A stretch of DNA of 64,000 nucleotides from contig JACPSK010000001.1 in assembly GCA_016193335.1 (NCBI GenBank), positions 279,424 through 343,423 of the forward strand, written 5' to 3'. A program made the translations under genes and the position numbers. The notes under the pieces were generated by a model. The model made no database searches and was not told the DNA's origin. It was given only the letters and a program-made list of their open reading frames with translations. This DNA comes from Candidatus Magasanikiibacteriota bacterium (GTDB lineage: Bacteria; Patescibacteriota; Patescibacteriia; Magasanikbacterales; UBA922). Below, one piece after another: positions 9,075 to 19,200 of the stretch; the stretch's first letter is position 1; every line of letters starts with the position of its first letter.

Positions 9075-10352
9075 CTACATCCCCATCTTCTTTCGCAAAA
9101 AAGCGGGAATCTCCAAGTCTTCCTCAGGGTCTACCGAACTTTTGGAGTCTTCATGAGAAGAGGCACTTTTGGAAGGCAAGATGTCTTCCATGTCCATGAT
9201 CTTTTTGGTAAATTGAGGTTTTGGCTTGGCCGCGATCTCTTCTTCTTGGAGTTGTTGAGCCGAGTCTTGTTTCTTTTTTGTAAAAATTGCCGATCTGAAA
9301 CTGTTGCGTCTGGCCGGGTAAGAAGATTCAAATTCTCCGCCCGTATTGTAAGAGCCTTGTTCAGAAGATGATGAAAAAGCCCGTTCAGGTTCCCGCTTGT
9401 CGAAGCCAGTGGCGATAACCGTGATTCTGATATCTTCTCCCATCTGTTCGTCAATAACCGCTCCAAAAATAACTTTGGCATTGTCATCGGCTGAACTTGT
9501 AATAATTTTTGCGGCTTCCGCCACCTCTTGCATCCCAAGGCCACTGCCACCGGTTATGGTAAACAATATGCCCCGCGCCCCGTCTATGGAAATTTCCAAG
9601 AGAGGACTAGAGATGGCGGATTTGGCCGCTTCCACCGCACGGTTTTCGCCACTCCCTGTGCCGATGCCCATAAGCGCTGAACCGGTATCGCTCATTATCG
9701 TTTTTACGTCGGCGAAATCCACATTTATAAGACCCGGTACGGTAATCAATTCCGAAATACCCTGCACGCCTTGACGCAGAACGTCATCCACGATTTTGAA
9801 AGCTTCGAGTAAAGATGTTTTCTTGTCTATGATTTGTAAAATCCGATCATTATGTATGGTTATGATTGTGTCTACCTGTCCTGACAATTCTTCATAAGCC
9901 CGTTCGGCGATGTCTTTTCTTTGAGGTCCTTCAAAAGAAAACGGCTTCGTAACCACGGCAACGGTAAGTATCCCCATGTCCCTCGCTATTTCAGCGATGA
10001 CAGGACTGGCGCCAGAACCCGTGCCTCCGCCAAGACCGCAGGTGATAAAAACCATGTCAGTGTCTTTGAGCATTTCACGAACTTCGTTTTGAGTTTCCTC
10101 GGCGCTTCGCTTGCCCACTTCGGGATTCATGCCAGCCCCAAGACCCCTGGTAACGGTTTTGCCTATGTGCAATTTGTGAGGCGCGCTGTTGTGATGCAAA
10201 GCCTGCACGTCTGTATTCATGGCAATAAAATCAACTCCGCGTATGCCGCTCTTTACCATGCGGTCAACGGCAGAACCGCCGGAACCGCCTACTCCAATCA
10301 CTTTTATTTTTGCGAAGGTTTCGATTTCTGGTTTCACTTGTGGCATAAACAT
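9075..10352 (-). CDS. ftsZ: Cell division GTPase FtsZ
   Basis: [15 protein letters not shown], tubulin signature [16 protein letters not shown]-terminal peptide [10 protein letters not shown]. Confidence 0.98.
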   Translation of the reverse strand: MFMPQVKPEIETFAKIKVIGVGGSGGSAVDRMVKSGIRGVDFIAMNTDVQALHHNSAPHKLHIGKTVTRGLGAGMNPEVGKRSAEETQNEVREMLKDTDMVFITCGLGGGTGSGASPVIAEIARDMGILTVAVVTKPFSFEGPQRKDIAERAYEELSGQVDTIITIHNDRILQIIDKKTSLLEAFKIVDDVLRQGVQGISELITVPGLINVDFADVKTIMSDTGSALMGIGTGSGENRAVEAAKSAISSPLLEISIDGARGILFTITGGSGLGMQEVAEAAKIITSSADDNAKVIFGAVIDEQMGEDIRITVIATGFDKREPERAFSSSSEQGSYNTGGEFESSYPARRNSFRSAIFTKKKQDSAQQLQEEEIAAKPKPQFTKKIMDMEDILPSKSASSHEDSKSSVDPEEDLEIPAFLRKKMGM

Positions 10353-10429
10353 TGGCTCAAATATTACTCCGAGTAAAAAAGGTATTCAATAAAAGATCGG
10401 AATTTACTCTTTGTATAAAATCTATATAC

Positions 10430-10483
10430 AGTTTAGAGCTTTCACCCTATAGTGTCAAGAATGCAAGACGTGAGTGTGAATAA
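10430..10483 (-). promoter_or_regulatory. Putative ftsZ promoter with upstream DnaA box
   Basis: TTGACA (10458-10453), 17-nt spacer, TAAACT (10435-10430). TTATTCACA at 10483-10475 fits TTWTNCACA. Confidence 0.55.
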
Positions 10484-10490
10484 GTAATAG

Positions 10491-10592
10491 GCCTATCCCT
10501 TCATAACACAATTTAAAAATCCCGAGGACGAGCGCGAGAACGAAGCCGGCTGACTCCGCAGACTTGCTAAAATATATTATGAATGGACAGGC
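10491..10592. repeat. ~100-bp palindromic repeat (family A), copy 1
   Basis: GCCTATCCCTTCATAACA..core GAGGACGAGCGCGAGAACGAAGCCGGCTGACTCCGCA..TATTATGAATGGACAGGC. Homologous to 57956-58051 and 58055-58161. Confidence 0.75.
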
Positions 10593-10604
10593 TTGAATAC
10601 GTAA

Positions 10605-10691
10605 AAAATCAGGACTCTGCCAGAAAGCTGGCAGAGTCCTGATTTTGATATTTCGCAGAGCCCATCTCGAAAATAATTTGAGATGGGCTCT
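10605..10691. terminator. Two tandem hairpins between ftsA and ftsZ
   Basis: AAAATCAGGACTCTGCCAG-aaag-CTGGCAGAGTCCTGATTTT (19-bp perfect stem) and AGAGCCCATCTC..GAGATGGGCTCT. Confidence 0.6.
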
Positions 10692-10709
10692 GGTTAAAAA
10701 AATTGGATC

Positions 10710-11987
10710 CTACGGTATTAAAGATTTAAATATTTTATGAAAACGATCTCTGACCCCGTGGGTTAGTTTTAATGAAAAACGCTTTTTATTACCGGCCCGA
10801 TGAACCGAACTCCCCCATTTAACGAGACCGATGACAGGCGCAAAGGCGGCATCATTTATTTTGCTGGTAATGCCCTGAATACCAAATAATTGTCCTTGGC
10901 GAGCGGGCAGGGAAAGTTGTTCTTTGGACAGATCTACCAAACCGCCGATTTTAGAACCTCCACCGACAAAAGAAACACCGGCGGGCAAAAGACCCGCCCT
11001 GTCTATGGCGATAAGTTCTTGGTCTATTTTTTCCAAAATTTCTGCGGCACGGGCTTCTACGATTTCCGAAATATAATGAAAGTGAACAAGCTCGCTATGT
11101 TCAGCGCCAAGATCAGCCAGATCTATGGTTTCTTTCTTGCCCACAGACTTGCTGAGACAATGGCCATAGCGTATTTTAACTTTTTCCGCTATATCGATAG
11201 AAGTTTTGAGCCCCAAGGCCAAATCATTGGTAATGTGAGAAGAACCTATTGGTATAGCGGCAGTATGCATGATATCGCCTTCTTCGTAAACTACCAAAGT
11301 AGTGCTTGGCCCTCCGATATTCACTATCAAAACTCCAAGTTCCTTTTGCTTTGAATCGGCAACCACTTCTCCGGCGGCAAGAATTGAAAGTACAAAATCG
11401 TCGATATCCACGCCGGCGCGATACACCGCTTTTGTGATATTTTTCATGTGTGAGCTCAGCCCATAAATGATTTTTGTATCAACCTCCAGCCTTATGCCGG
11501 TCATGCCGACCGGATCTTTGATATGAGTTTGGCCATCAACACTATAACCCCTCGGCAACACATGAAGCACTTCATAATTCAAAGGACTGGCTATAGTGCG
11601 CGCGGCTTCCACCACTCGTTCCACATCATCGTCTGATATTTCGCCGTCAGAACGGCCCACGGCCACCACGCCTCTGCTTTCTTGAACGATAATTTTTGCG
11701 CCGCTTACCCCTACCCATACATGTTCAAGAGGCATGCCGACTACCCTTTCAGCCTGCTCGAGCGCGTTTGAGATTACTGAAACGGTGTCTTCGATACTCG
11801 TGATAAGACCTTTTTGTAAGCCTTCTGAGGGGACTTCTATAGCCGCGATGATCTGGAGAGAGCCTGGCTGGTCTGTATGGTAGACATATTGGCCCACAGC
11901 CAAACGAACAGAAGTAGATCCTATATCAAGACCTGTAATCAATTCCACTTTGTCTTTTCCGCGCGCCATGCCCATAGTTTGATTCAT
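10710..11987 (-). CDS. ftsA: Cell division protein FtsA
   Basis: GLDIGSTSV, HVLPRGYSVDG, DPVGMTGIRLEV, HITNDLA, AEKVKIRYG, GGGSK, C-terminal amphipathic helix. Upstream of ftsZ. Confidence 0.96.
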   Translation of the reverse strand: MNQTMGMARGKDKVELITGLDIGSTSVRLAVGQYVYHTDQPGSLQIIAAIEVPSEGLQKGLITSIEDTVSVISNALEQAERVVGMPLEHVWVGVSGAKIIVQESRGVVAVGRSDGEISDDDVERVVEAARTIASPLNYEVLHVLPRGYSVDGQTHIKDPVGMTGIRLEVDTKIIYGLSSHMKNITKAVYRAGVDIDDFVLSILAAGEVVADSKQKELGVLIVNIGGPSTTLVVYEEGDIMHTAAIPIGSSHITNDLALGLKTSIDIAEKVKIRYGHCLSKSVGKKETIDLADLGAEHSELVHFHYISEIVEARAAEILEKIDQELIAIDRAGLLPAGVSFVGGGSKIGGLVDLSKEQLSLPARQGQLFGIQGITSKINDAAFAPVIGLVKWGSSVHRAGNKKRFSLKLTHGVRDRFHKIFKSLIP

Positions 11988-12013
11988 TTTTTGATGACGG
12001 TACTATTGTAACA

Positions 12014-12382
12014 CTATTTATCGAGCCACTCAATAAGGTAAGGGGAAAAAAGTATTATCCCTGCCAAGGCAGACCCCAATGAAGCGCAGAGCACCGCGGC
12101 CGCCATGCAATCTTTTATCCGTTTTACATGCTCGCTGAGCCGAGGTTTCGCCACATCCAACAAAATTTCCACCGCTGTATTAATTAATTCCAAAGCCCAC
12201 ACAAAAGCTATGAGTATTATGATGATGATCCATTCGATTGGGGATATCTTAAAGACAAAGGCAAAACACAGGGCGATGAGAGCGAAAAGGGCGTGAATTT
12301 TAAAATTACGTTCACGTCTGAACGTAAGCACAATACCCCCCAAAGCTCTGCGCACACTATGCAAAAATGTATTTTTATTCAT
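12014..12382 (-). CDS. dgkA: Diacylglycerol/undecaprenol kinase (DgkA family)
   Basis: ERNFKIH, ELINTAVE, KDCMAAAV, three TM helices. Follows ybeY. Confidence 0.9.
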   Translation of the reverse strand: MNKNTFLHSVRRALGGIVLTFRRERNFKIHALFALIALCFAFVFKISPIEWIIIIILIAFVWALELINTAVEILLDVAKPRLSEHVKRIKDCMAAAVLCASLGSALAGIILFSPYLIEWLDK

Positions 12383-12423
12383 ACATGCTCAAAATCTCTT
12401 CTAGCTCCACTCGCCAAGCCGTA

Positions 12424-12861
12424 TCAAAAATGTTCAACAGCCTTCCTCAAAAATCGTTCTTGTAGCTCAAACATTTTTTTGGCTTGCCACTCTTCTTTGT
12501 GATCATAGCCCATATTGTGCAGTACACCATGTATAAGCATTCGCGTCAATTCTTCTTTGTAGGGCACAGACCAACAGGCCGCCTGCCTGCGAATATAAGG
12601 AACTGAAATAAAAATATCTCCCAGGTCTGAATGTTTCAAAGGGACGGCGCTTCCTTCTTGAGCGGAAAATGAAAGCACGTCAGTGGACCTATGGATACCA
12701 CGGTGCTCGGCGTTAAGATTGCGCATCTTGCGATCCCCGATAAAGTGTACACTGAGCTCTCCGTCTTTCCGCAAACCCTTGAGCAGATATGCTATGGTTT
12801 TTTTGACAAAGATTTTTGAAACTCCTATCTCTTTGACACTCTGATATATATTGCATTCCAT
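12424..12861 (-). CDS. ybeY: rRNA maturation endoribonuclease YbeY
   Basis: LN..HR..STDVLSF, LGDIFIS, HGVLHNMGYDH. Confidence 0.95.
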   Translation of the reverse strand: MECNIYQSVKEIGVSKIFVKKTIAYLLKGLRKDGELSVHFIGDRKMRNLNAEHRGIHRSTDVLSFSAQEGSAVPLKHSDLGDIFISVPYIRRQAACWSVPYKEELTRMLIHGVLHNMGYDHKEEWQAKKMFELQERFLRKAVEHF

Positions 12862-12867
12862 AGAGTG

Positions 12868-14130
12868 CTATTGCGGCCCCAAAACTCCGGACGGGGATGT
12901 GGAAGCGGAACTGTCCGTAAAGTCTGACGTGATCCCGTCTTCTGAAATGCCCGGAGTAGAGGTATTTGTTATATCCAAATCAGAAGATTCAACTCCGGGG
13001 ACAGACGCGGGAGAAACTTGTTCCGGCAGTTCCTTGCCGGCTGAAGCCGGCCTAAAACTTTGGATCATCATGTTCATAACATTCTTAAAAACCGCCGGAC
13101 CGACATTCCCCGGACGATACACCATGATATATACCATCCCCTTGCTTGGAAAGTAAGCCACCATGCTGTCTCGGCGCTTCCATCCTTCCACTTCAAAACG
13201 GTTGGTAAATTGAAGAAGATCCGTAATATTTTGATTGGCGGCGTGTTGCTCAAACCATGCCGTAAAATCACGCTTGTCATCCTTGGCCGCGCGCACTTCG
13301 ATATAATCGCCGCTCACCGCGCTCAATAATACTTGTTTCCCCGATTTGTCGACTTCACCCACTTGCCAATCTTTGGGGTAATACAGTCTGTAGTCAAAAA
13401 TTAAATTGATATATTGTTTTATAAGCCCTGAATCAATAAGGCGGACCGGAGCGAAACCTTTTGGATTATAAAGATTAAAGACTTCTTGCCCATCGTAATA
13501 GCCATCGGCATCAGAGTCCCAAGAGCCCGAATCAGTGTCAAAAATCTCTTCTTCTTTATCACTGAGCTGGTCTTTGTCTATGTCCGTAGCTTCGGATGAA
13601 CTGAACGGCGGAAATTTTATATTCAATTTTTCGGCGTCTGATTCGGAAAGAGACGCATCTTCTGGGATAAGATCCGTGGAGCTAGAGACAAATTTTTCAG
13701 AGCTCGTGGAAGATACAACAGAACTCTTCTGTGGTTCAATAGCCCGGGTGCTGGTTCCGCTCTGCGTGGCGGCTTGAGGCGCGTTACTTTGTTTGGCTGC
13801 CTCTGTCTCAAGCCGGAGAATGGAACGAGCTTGAAAATAACCCCGAAGGTAATAAACGCCTATAAGCGAAACCACACCAAACAAGGCGGCAGAAATAAAC
13901 CACACAGGTTTTTTATTCGATAAAAACAGGAGCTTATGTTTCTCCCCTGAACCCACGGCTTGCTTTCCCAAAAAATTTTTATTCGGATTCTGTGTATTTT
14001 GAGTTGAATCCTGTACCGTTTTTTGATGATACAAAATCGGATCTTTGCCGCCATAAAAGAGATCCGGAATGGTGTGCACTTGCAAACGTTGAGAATCCTC
14101 TTCTGTTTGTTCTTTTTTCCTTCCAAACAT
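12868..14130 (-). CDS. Membrane-anchored protein with DxDxD Ca-binding repeats and PsbP-like C-terminal region
   Basis: One TM helix, Ser/Thr-rich linker, DIDKDQLSD..DSDADGYYDG..YNP, then YYPKDW-type segment. Confidence 0.7.
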   Translation of the reverse strand: MFGRKKEQTEEDSQRLQVHTIPDLFYGGKDPILYHQKTVQDSTQNTQNPNKNFLGKQAVGSGEKHKLLFLSNKKPVWFISAALFGVVSLIGVYYLRGYFQARSILRLETEAAKQSNAPQAATQSGTSTRAIEPQKSSVVSSTSSEKFVSSSTDLIPEDASLSESDAEKLNIKFPPFSSSEATDIDKDQLSDKEEEIFDTDSGSWDSDADGYYDGQEVFNLYNPKGFAPVRLIDSGLIKQYINLIFDYRLYYPKDWQVGEVDKSGKQVLLSAVSGDYIEVRAAKDDKRDFTAWFEQHAANQNITDLLQFTNRFEVEGWKRRDSMVAYFPSKGMVYIMVYRPGNVGPAVFKNVMNMMIQSFRPASAGKELPEQVSPASVPGVESSDLDITNTSTPGISEDGITSDFTDSSASTSPSGVLGPQ

Positions 14131-14183
14131 AAAATATAGCTGAGAGAAATCAGAAAAAATCGATTCTTAACGGCAGACTTGAT

Positions 14184-15158
14184 TTATTGAGCGCTAGTAG
14201 TGGTTGGGGGCTCAAAAATTTTGCCCGGCCCGGCCGGGTTATAACCGTTCTTTACTTCTGTACCATCCTCATACGTGTCTCCATCAGTGTCAGGATCAAG
14301 CGGATTGGTCTTCCAGATAATGAGTTCGTCTCCGTCGCTGAGCTCATCTCCGTCGCTATCCCAGTTCAGCGGATCTGTGTTTGTTTCGGTCTCCCTGATA
14401 TCATCAAGGCCGTCCGCGTCAGTATCTAAAACCGAATCCCCGAATAACACACTCTCATCCACGGTCCCTGCGGTATCTTTGCCCTTGTCCTTTGTTCCAG
14501 CACCGACGGTCGGAGTTTTGTTTACCGGAGCTTGCTCAACATTATCTAGAAAGGGGTCCTCAGAATCTTTACCTTCGACAGAAGAAGCCGGAAACTGTGA
14601 ATTGGAACTTTCGATAAGGCGGTTATTGTCCGCCGTGCGAATGACTGAAAGATAAATCCAAGTCCCGCCCACCCCAATCACCAGCAAAAAAATTACAATA
14701 ATAATAATTGCTATCGTTTTTCTCTTGCCAATAGGCTCTCTCATCATATCGATGCCAGGCGCAGCTTCTTGCATTCTTTCGGACATCATGGAAGTGCTTT
14801 GAGACATACTCGGTGGAGCCATATTTGGCGCTGTTTTGTACCTTTCTTGCCGAAATTCTGGCTCTTGAGCTTGAGAATCTTTCTGCCGACGATTTTGGAT
14901 ATTATAAGGATCCGCCGGCTGAGGCTGGACCTTGGGGCGGAGTATACCGGCGCCCAAGGCCGTAGTCGGGCTTGGCGTCTCCGGGGCCGGAGAATTCTGC
15001 GAAGCAAAATCAGCATTTTCGGTCGCAGAAATTCCCGGACCCGACTCGGGCTGAGAGAGGGCAGATTCATCGGTTGAAGCAAAAATATCTTCCGGTTCTC
15101 CTATCGGAAGATTTGAAGGCGTAGTCCCTGGATTCAGTGCTTGTTGGTCATCAAACAT
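14184..15158 (-). CDS. Membrane-anchored protein with TSP3-like DxDxDG repeats
   Basis: Pro-rich N-terminus, TM IAIIIIVIFLLVIGVGG, three repeats DTDADGLDD / DSDGDELSD / DTDGDTYED, ending GYNP. Confidence 0.72.
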   Translation of the reverse strand: MFDDQQALNPGTTPSNLPIGEPEDIFASTDESALSQPESGPGISATENADFASQNSPAPETPSPTTALGAGILRPKVQPQPADPYNIQNRRQKDSQAQEPEFRQERYKTAPNMAPPSMSQSTSMMSERMQEAAPGIDMMREPIGKRKTIAIIIIVIFLLVIGVGGTWIYLSVIRTADNNRLIESSNSQFPASSVEGKDSEDPFLDNVEQAPVNKTPTVGAGTKDKGKDTAGTVDESVLFGDSVLDTDADGLDDIRETETNTDPLNWDSDGDELSDGDELIIWKTNPLDPDTDGDTYEDGTEVKNGYNPAGPGKIFEPPTTTSAQ

Positions 15159-15179
15159 AGTATAAGATAATTATAGATG

Positions 15180-16181
15180 CTAATTGCCCGTTTGCAAAAG
15201 ACCCGCGCCTTTGGGGTTATACCCTTTTATTACTTCGAGTCCGTCTCTAAAACCGTCTCCGTCCGTGTCCGCGTTGAGCGGATCTGTACCCCAAATTTCC
15301 ACTTCAGCGGAATCACTTAACGCGTCATTGTCTGTATCAAAACTCCGAATGCTGGTTCCATAATTCGGTTCTTCGCTGTCTTCCAGACCGTCTCCGTCTT
15401 GATCGTTTGAAATGTCCAATTCAGCCGGAGGGATTTGCACAAGCCCACCAAGCAAACCCGCGCTTACCATACCGCCAAGACTCTGCAATGTCTCATTCGC
15501 CGTGTTTGCCGAAGCTTGCAAGGCGGCTCCCTTTTCCGCATCCATTCTCAGCGCAGAAGCAAGAAATTCGTTTCTTTTCTGAATATGCAAATCTATGTCT
15601 GACAAAAATCTTTTAAAAAGCGTTTCATCCTGAAAAGCTCCTGTCCATCTATTGCTCGTGCTTTGGACTTTGCGGATAAAGGCGTTCGCGGATGCCATGG
15701 CTTTCGCGGCCCCTTCATAATCTTTATTTTGCCTTACCATGAGAGAGGCAAGTTCCATGCTCTCTTGAGCATATTTCAAGGCCTTCTGAGCCTTGTCAAC
15801 CGGATTGAAGGTAAAAAATAAGTTGGCTTTTTTTACCACATCCCCCAGATATTGGCCTGCCCGTGAGGGTACGTTTTGTGGAGATTCAACCTCTATAATC
15901 TGAAAAGTCCGAGAAGCGTCACCGCCAGTCGTCACCAGAACCAAGCTACCACCTCCCACGCTGTCTTCTGCCTGTGCATTGCCTGAGAGAAGAAGCCCGA
16001 CAAAAACAAGTACAGCCATACAGAATCTGAAAGTATTCTTAATGTTTCCCCGCGGGTCTCCGTTCGCAATTTTGCCGGAACAGAAAAAAAAGAAAGAGGG
16101 ATGGGACGAAAAAACGGCCCCAGAATGTGAATTAAGGGTTTGCTCTACATTTAACGAAAAAATATCAGATCTCTGAATCAT
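15180..16181 (-). CDS. Secreted DUF5667-like helical protein with TSP3-like DxDxDG repeats
   Basis: Signal-like MAVLVFVGLLLSGNAQA, LFFTFNPVDKAQKALKYAQE (DUF5667-like), repeats DQDGDGLED / DTDNDALSD / DTDGDGFRDG, ending GYNP. Start uncertain. Confidence 0.65.
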   Translation of the reverse strand: MIQRSDIFSLNVEQTLNSHSGAVFSSHPSFFFFCSGKIANGDPRGNIKNTFRFCMAVLVFVGLLLSGNAQAEDSVGGGSLVLVTTGGDASRTFQIIEVESPQNVPSRAGQYLGDVVKKANLFFTFNPVDKAQKALKYAQESMELASLMVRQNKDYEGAAKAMASANAFIRKVQSTSNRWTGAFQDETLFKRFLSDIDLHIQKRNEFLASALRMDAEKGAALQASANTANETLQSLGGMVSAGLLGGLVQIPPAELDISNDQDGDGLEDSEEPNYGTSIRSFDTDNDALSDSAEVEIWGTDPLNADTDGDGFRDGLEVIKGYNPKGAGLLQTGN

Positions 16182-16200
16182 AGACACAGTATAGCACATT

Positions 16201-19200
16201 TTAAAGCGAACATTTTTCTTCGGGTGGCAGAGGCATATTTTCTTTTATCTGACAGATATCTGTTTCTATAGTCTCAACAGGCTCTATACCATAACTGTAC
16301 GTGCCATCAGCCGAGGGACTTACCAAAAAATTAAAGACATGCCAGTACGGAGCCAAAGAATTACTGCTGGAATCGGCCGCGTCTTTTATATTAAAAGAAT
16401 AATCAGGCTGATACAAAGAATAGAGCGGCACTTGTCCTTCGTGGTAAGAATACACATCAACTTGAAGATTGCTATTTGTGTATGAGCCGAGAACATCATC
16501 CACCGCTTCCACGAAAAACCCATAAGAATGCGGCTGAGCAGTAACGATTATTGACGGGTCTATGGTAAAGGATTGGATAAAAGTCTTAGCGGCTCCCGCG
16601 ATTTCATGAACAAACACGCCGTTTGTTCCTGTGCAGCCACTTCCATTCAATGGAGCCGGCATCCAATACTCCTCGCTAACCGACCCCTCATCTGTTTGCA
16701 CGGTCTTATCGGTTTTTACCATAAATTTGCATAATTTTTGCAAGGGGTTAACAGCAGATTTCGCGTCAGCATAACGAATGAGCGCTTTCGTGGGATCTCC
16801 GCCGGAAAATTTCGCCAAACGAGAACTGTACAAGCCGCCGGAAAATATGCCGCCTTTCTTGTTTTCTTCGTCAGTCCAGCGAAGCACTACGCGAACGACA
16901 CCCTCAGGCACTGCCGGCGAAACAACCAATTCATTGACTATTTTTTCTTTTTCTCCATTCACCGGATAATCGAAGAAATGTTTCTTTTTGGCTTTGTATT
17001 GAAGCATTGAACCGCTTATGCCGGTGGCGGTCTGTATTCCAAGCCTGTTAAACGATAAAGCATATTCTTCTTTGCATAAAAGGTTTGCTTCTATATTACT
17101 TTCAGAGGTTATGAAGAAAGGATTTGAAGGAGTTTTAACAGTAATTAATGAAACATCATCGGGTTCCAGACTGAAGAAAGCACCCAAACCACCCTCTGTC
17201 TTAAGCTGTTTCCTGCCAAGAGACAAATCATAATCCGCCAGTTTCGCCCAATTCAAACCGGAACCCAGACTCTGTGTGTCTCCCCCTGTCAAAGGATCCA
17301 CCATTGGGTTGAGCAGAGCTAAAAGAGGCTCCGGGCCAAAGGTCTTTACGCCGCAGGCCACGCATTTGTTCTCCGGCTCTCCCAGACAATCGGAGGAACA
17401 AACCCAAGACCCTTTGTTTGTATAGTCCGGCCCCGCGTCGCAGACCAGCTGTTTTGAGTTGGCTTGTGATTTCTCCGCGACACAAGAGTCATAAGCCGCC
17501 ACGCAATCTTGTTTGCATTGAACATCGGAAACCAAAACTTTTTCCATAAAGGCGTCCGCGTCCGGGTTGTCTTCCCACGGTATTAATTCAAAAGGCAAGG
17601 GCTGGGCCGAGGTCCCATATAGCTTATTGCAGAGTTCTTTTGCCGGATCAGTGTATTGATCCCATTTTGTATAAGAAGAAAAGGAAACATTTACCCCACT
17701 GTTGATCCCTCCGATGGGAAAACCATAATAAGTATCAGGCACACCCTCTGGCGCATGGCCATAGGCCACGCGTATCCGATTTTGTGGATTGGCCGTGTTT
17801 TTGCAAATGTAGCCATCCAGGGTTTCTTTGCCGTATTTCCAAGGGCTTTGAAAATGATCCTCGCAATCGTTCTCGCAAGTCTGCACCTGAGTTTCGGCAA
17901 GACAAATATCCTGGACCTCGGCCAAGGTTTGGGGAATCAAAATAGCAGTACTACTAAAGGGCTCGCATTGCTCCGGACCGCTAATGAGCCCGTCTCCGCA
18001 AAATTCTCCCGAATCAATCGTCAAGATATTTTTACAATCCAATGAACAGTAATTGCAGGACTTGCCATAGACCGGACTGCATTTTACGCCGTTTTTGTCT
18101 TTTCCAAGATCACAGGCTTCTCCAATGTCTTGTTCAATTTTCCCATTGCCGCACTCTGCTTTGGCGATTTCCACGGTGCAAGACGAGGAACAACCGTCAC
18201 CGTCTTTTTTGTTGCCATCGTCGCAAGCCTCTGTCCCTTCTTTTTTTCCATTCCCGCAGAGAAGCGTTACCTCTTCAACTTCACAATAAGTATTACAGCC
18301 ATCGCCGTTTGTTTTGTTGCCATCGTCGCAAGCCTCGTATTCATGTTGGATTGATCCGTCTCCGCAATAATTGCCCACGGCCTTGCAATTCGCGGCGCAG
18401 CTGAATTCAGAAGAAAAATGATAGCTTGGATCTTTTAAGCAAGTATCAACGCAGTCTGAATTCTGGGAACAAGAAAGCCCCAGCGCCTTGCCGTTTGAAT
18501 TGTAGCAGGCGCCGTTCGTGCAAACCAAATTGAAATTACATTCATTCACCGCGCCACAAAGCGTATTCGCGTATTTGCAATATCCCGGTTTCTGCGCGTA
18601 TTTTGCTTCAGCTATATCACAGACTTCTTTGCCCGCTTGCACCAAACCATCTCCGCAATAAGCGGGATGCAGACCCTGGCAGGCCCCGACTTTGCTTCCG
18701 TCCGATAGAGCGCTCTTGCTGTCCGCGCAATGTCCATAGGTTCCATTCAAAGCTCCGTCATCGCATTTTTCTCCTGATTCTACCACGCCATTGCCGCAGG
18801 TATATGAAGCCGTGCAAAGGCCATACTCCCATGTTTTGCAATCTTGGCTACATATACTTTTAGCGAAATTACCCGTGGGGCATTGACCCAAGCCGCCCTG
18901 AATCGCGCCCACACATTGATCAAACTCCCAAGTAACACTCTTGGCGCAAGTAAGCGTCTGCTGATTTATTGCAACATATTGATTGAAGCCATCTTGGTTT
19001 AAAATATTCGGATTCGCATTGTCTAAATCGACAATACCGAATGAAGTGGCATCGTAATACGAGGCTGTTCTGCATTCACTGTCAGAGGAACAACCAAAGG
19101 CAACAAGTTTCAAACCGCCAGGCTCCCAAGTGGAGACAAGCTGATCATAAATTATCTCTTGAGCATTAGAGGACTTCGAATTGATACAGACTCCCTCTTT

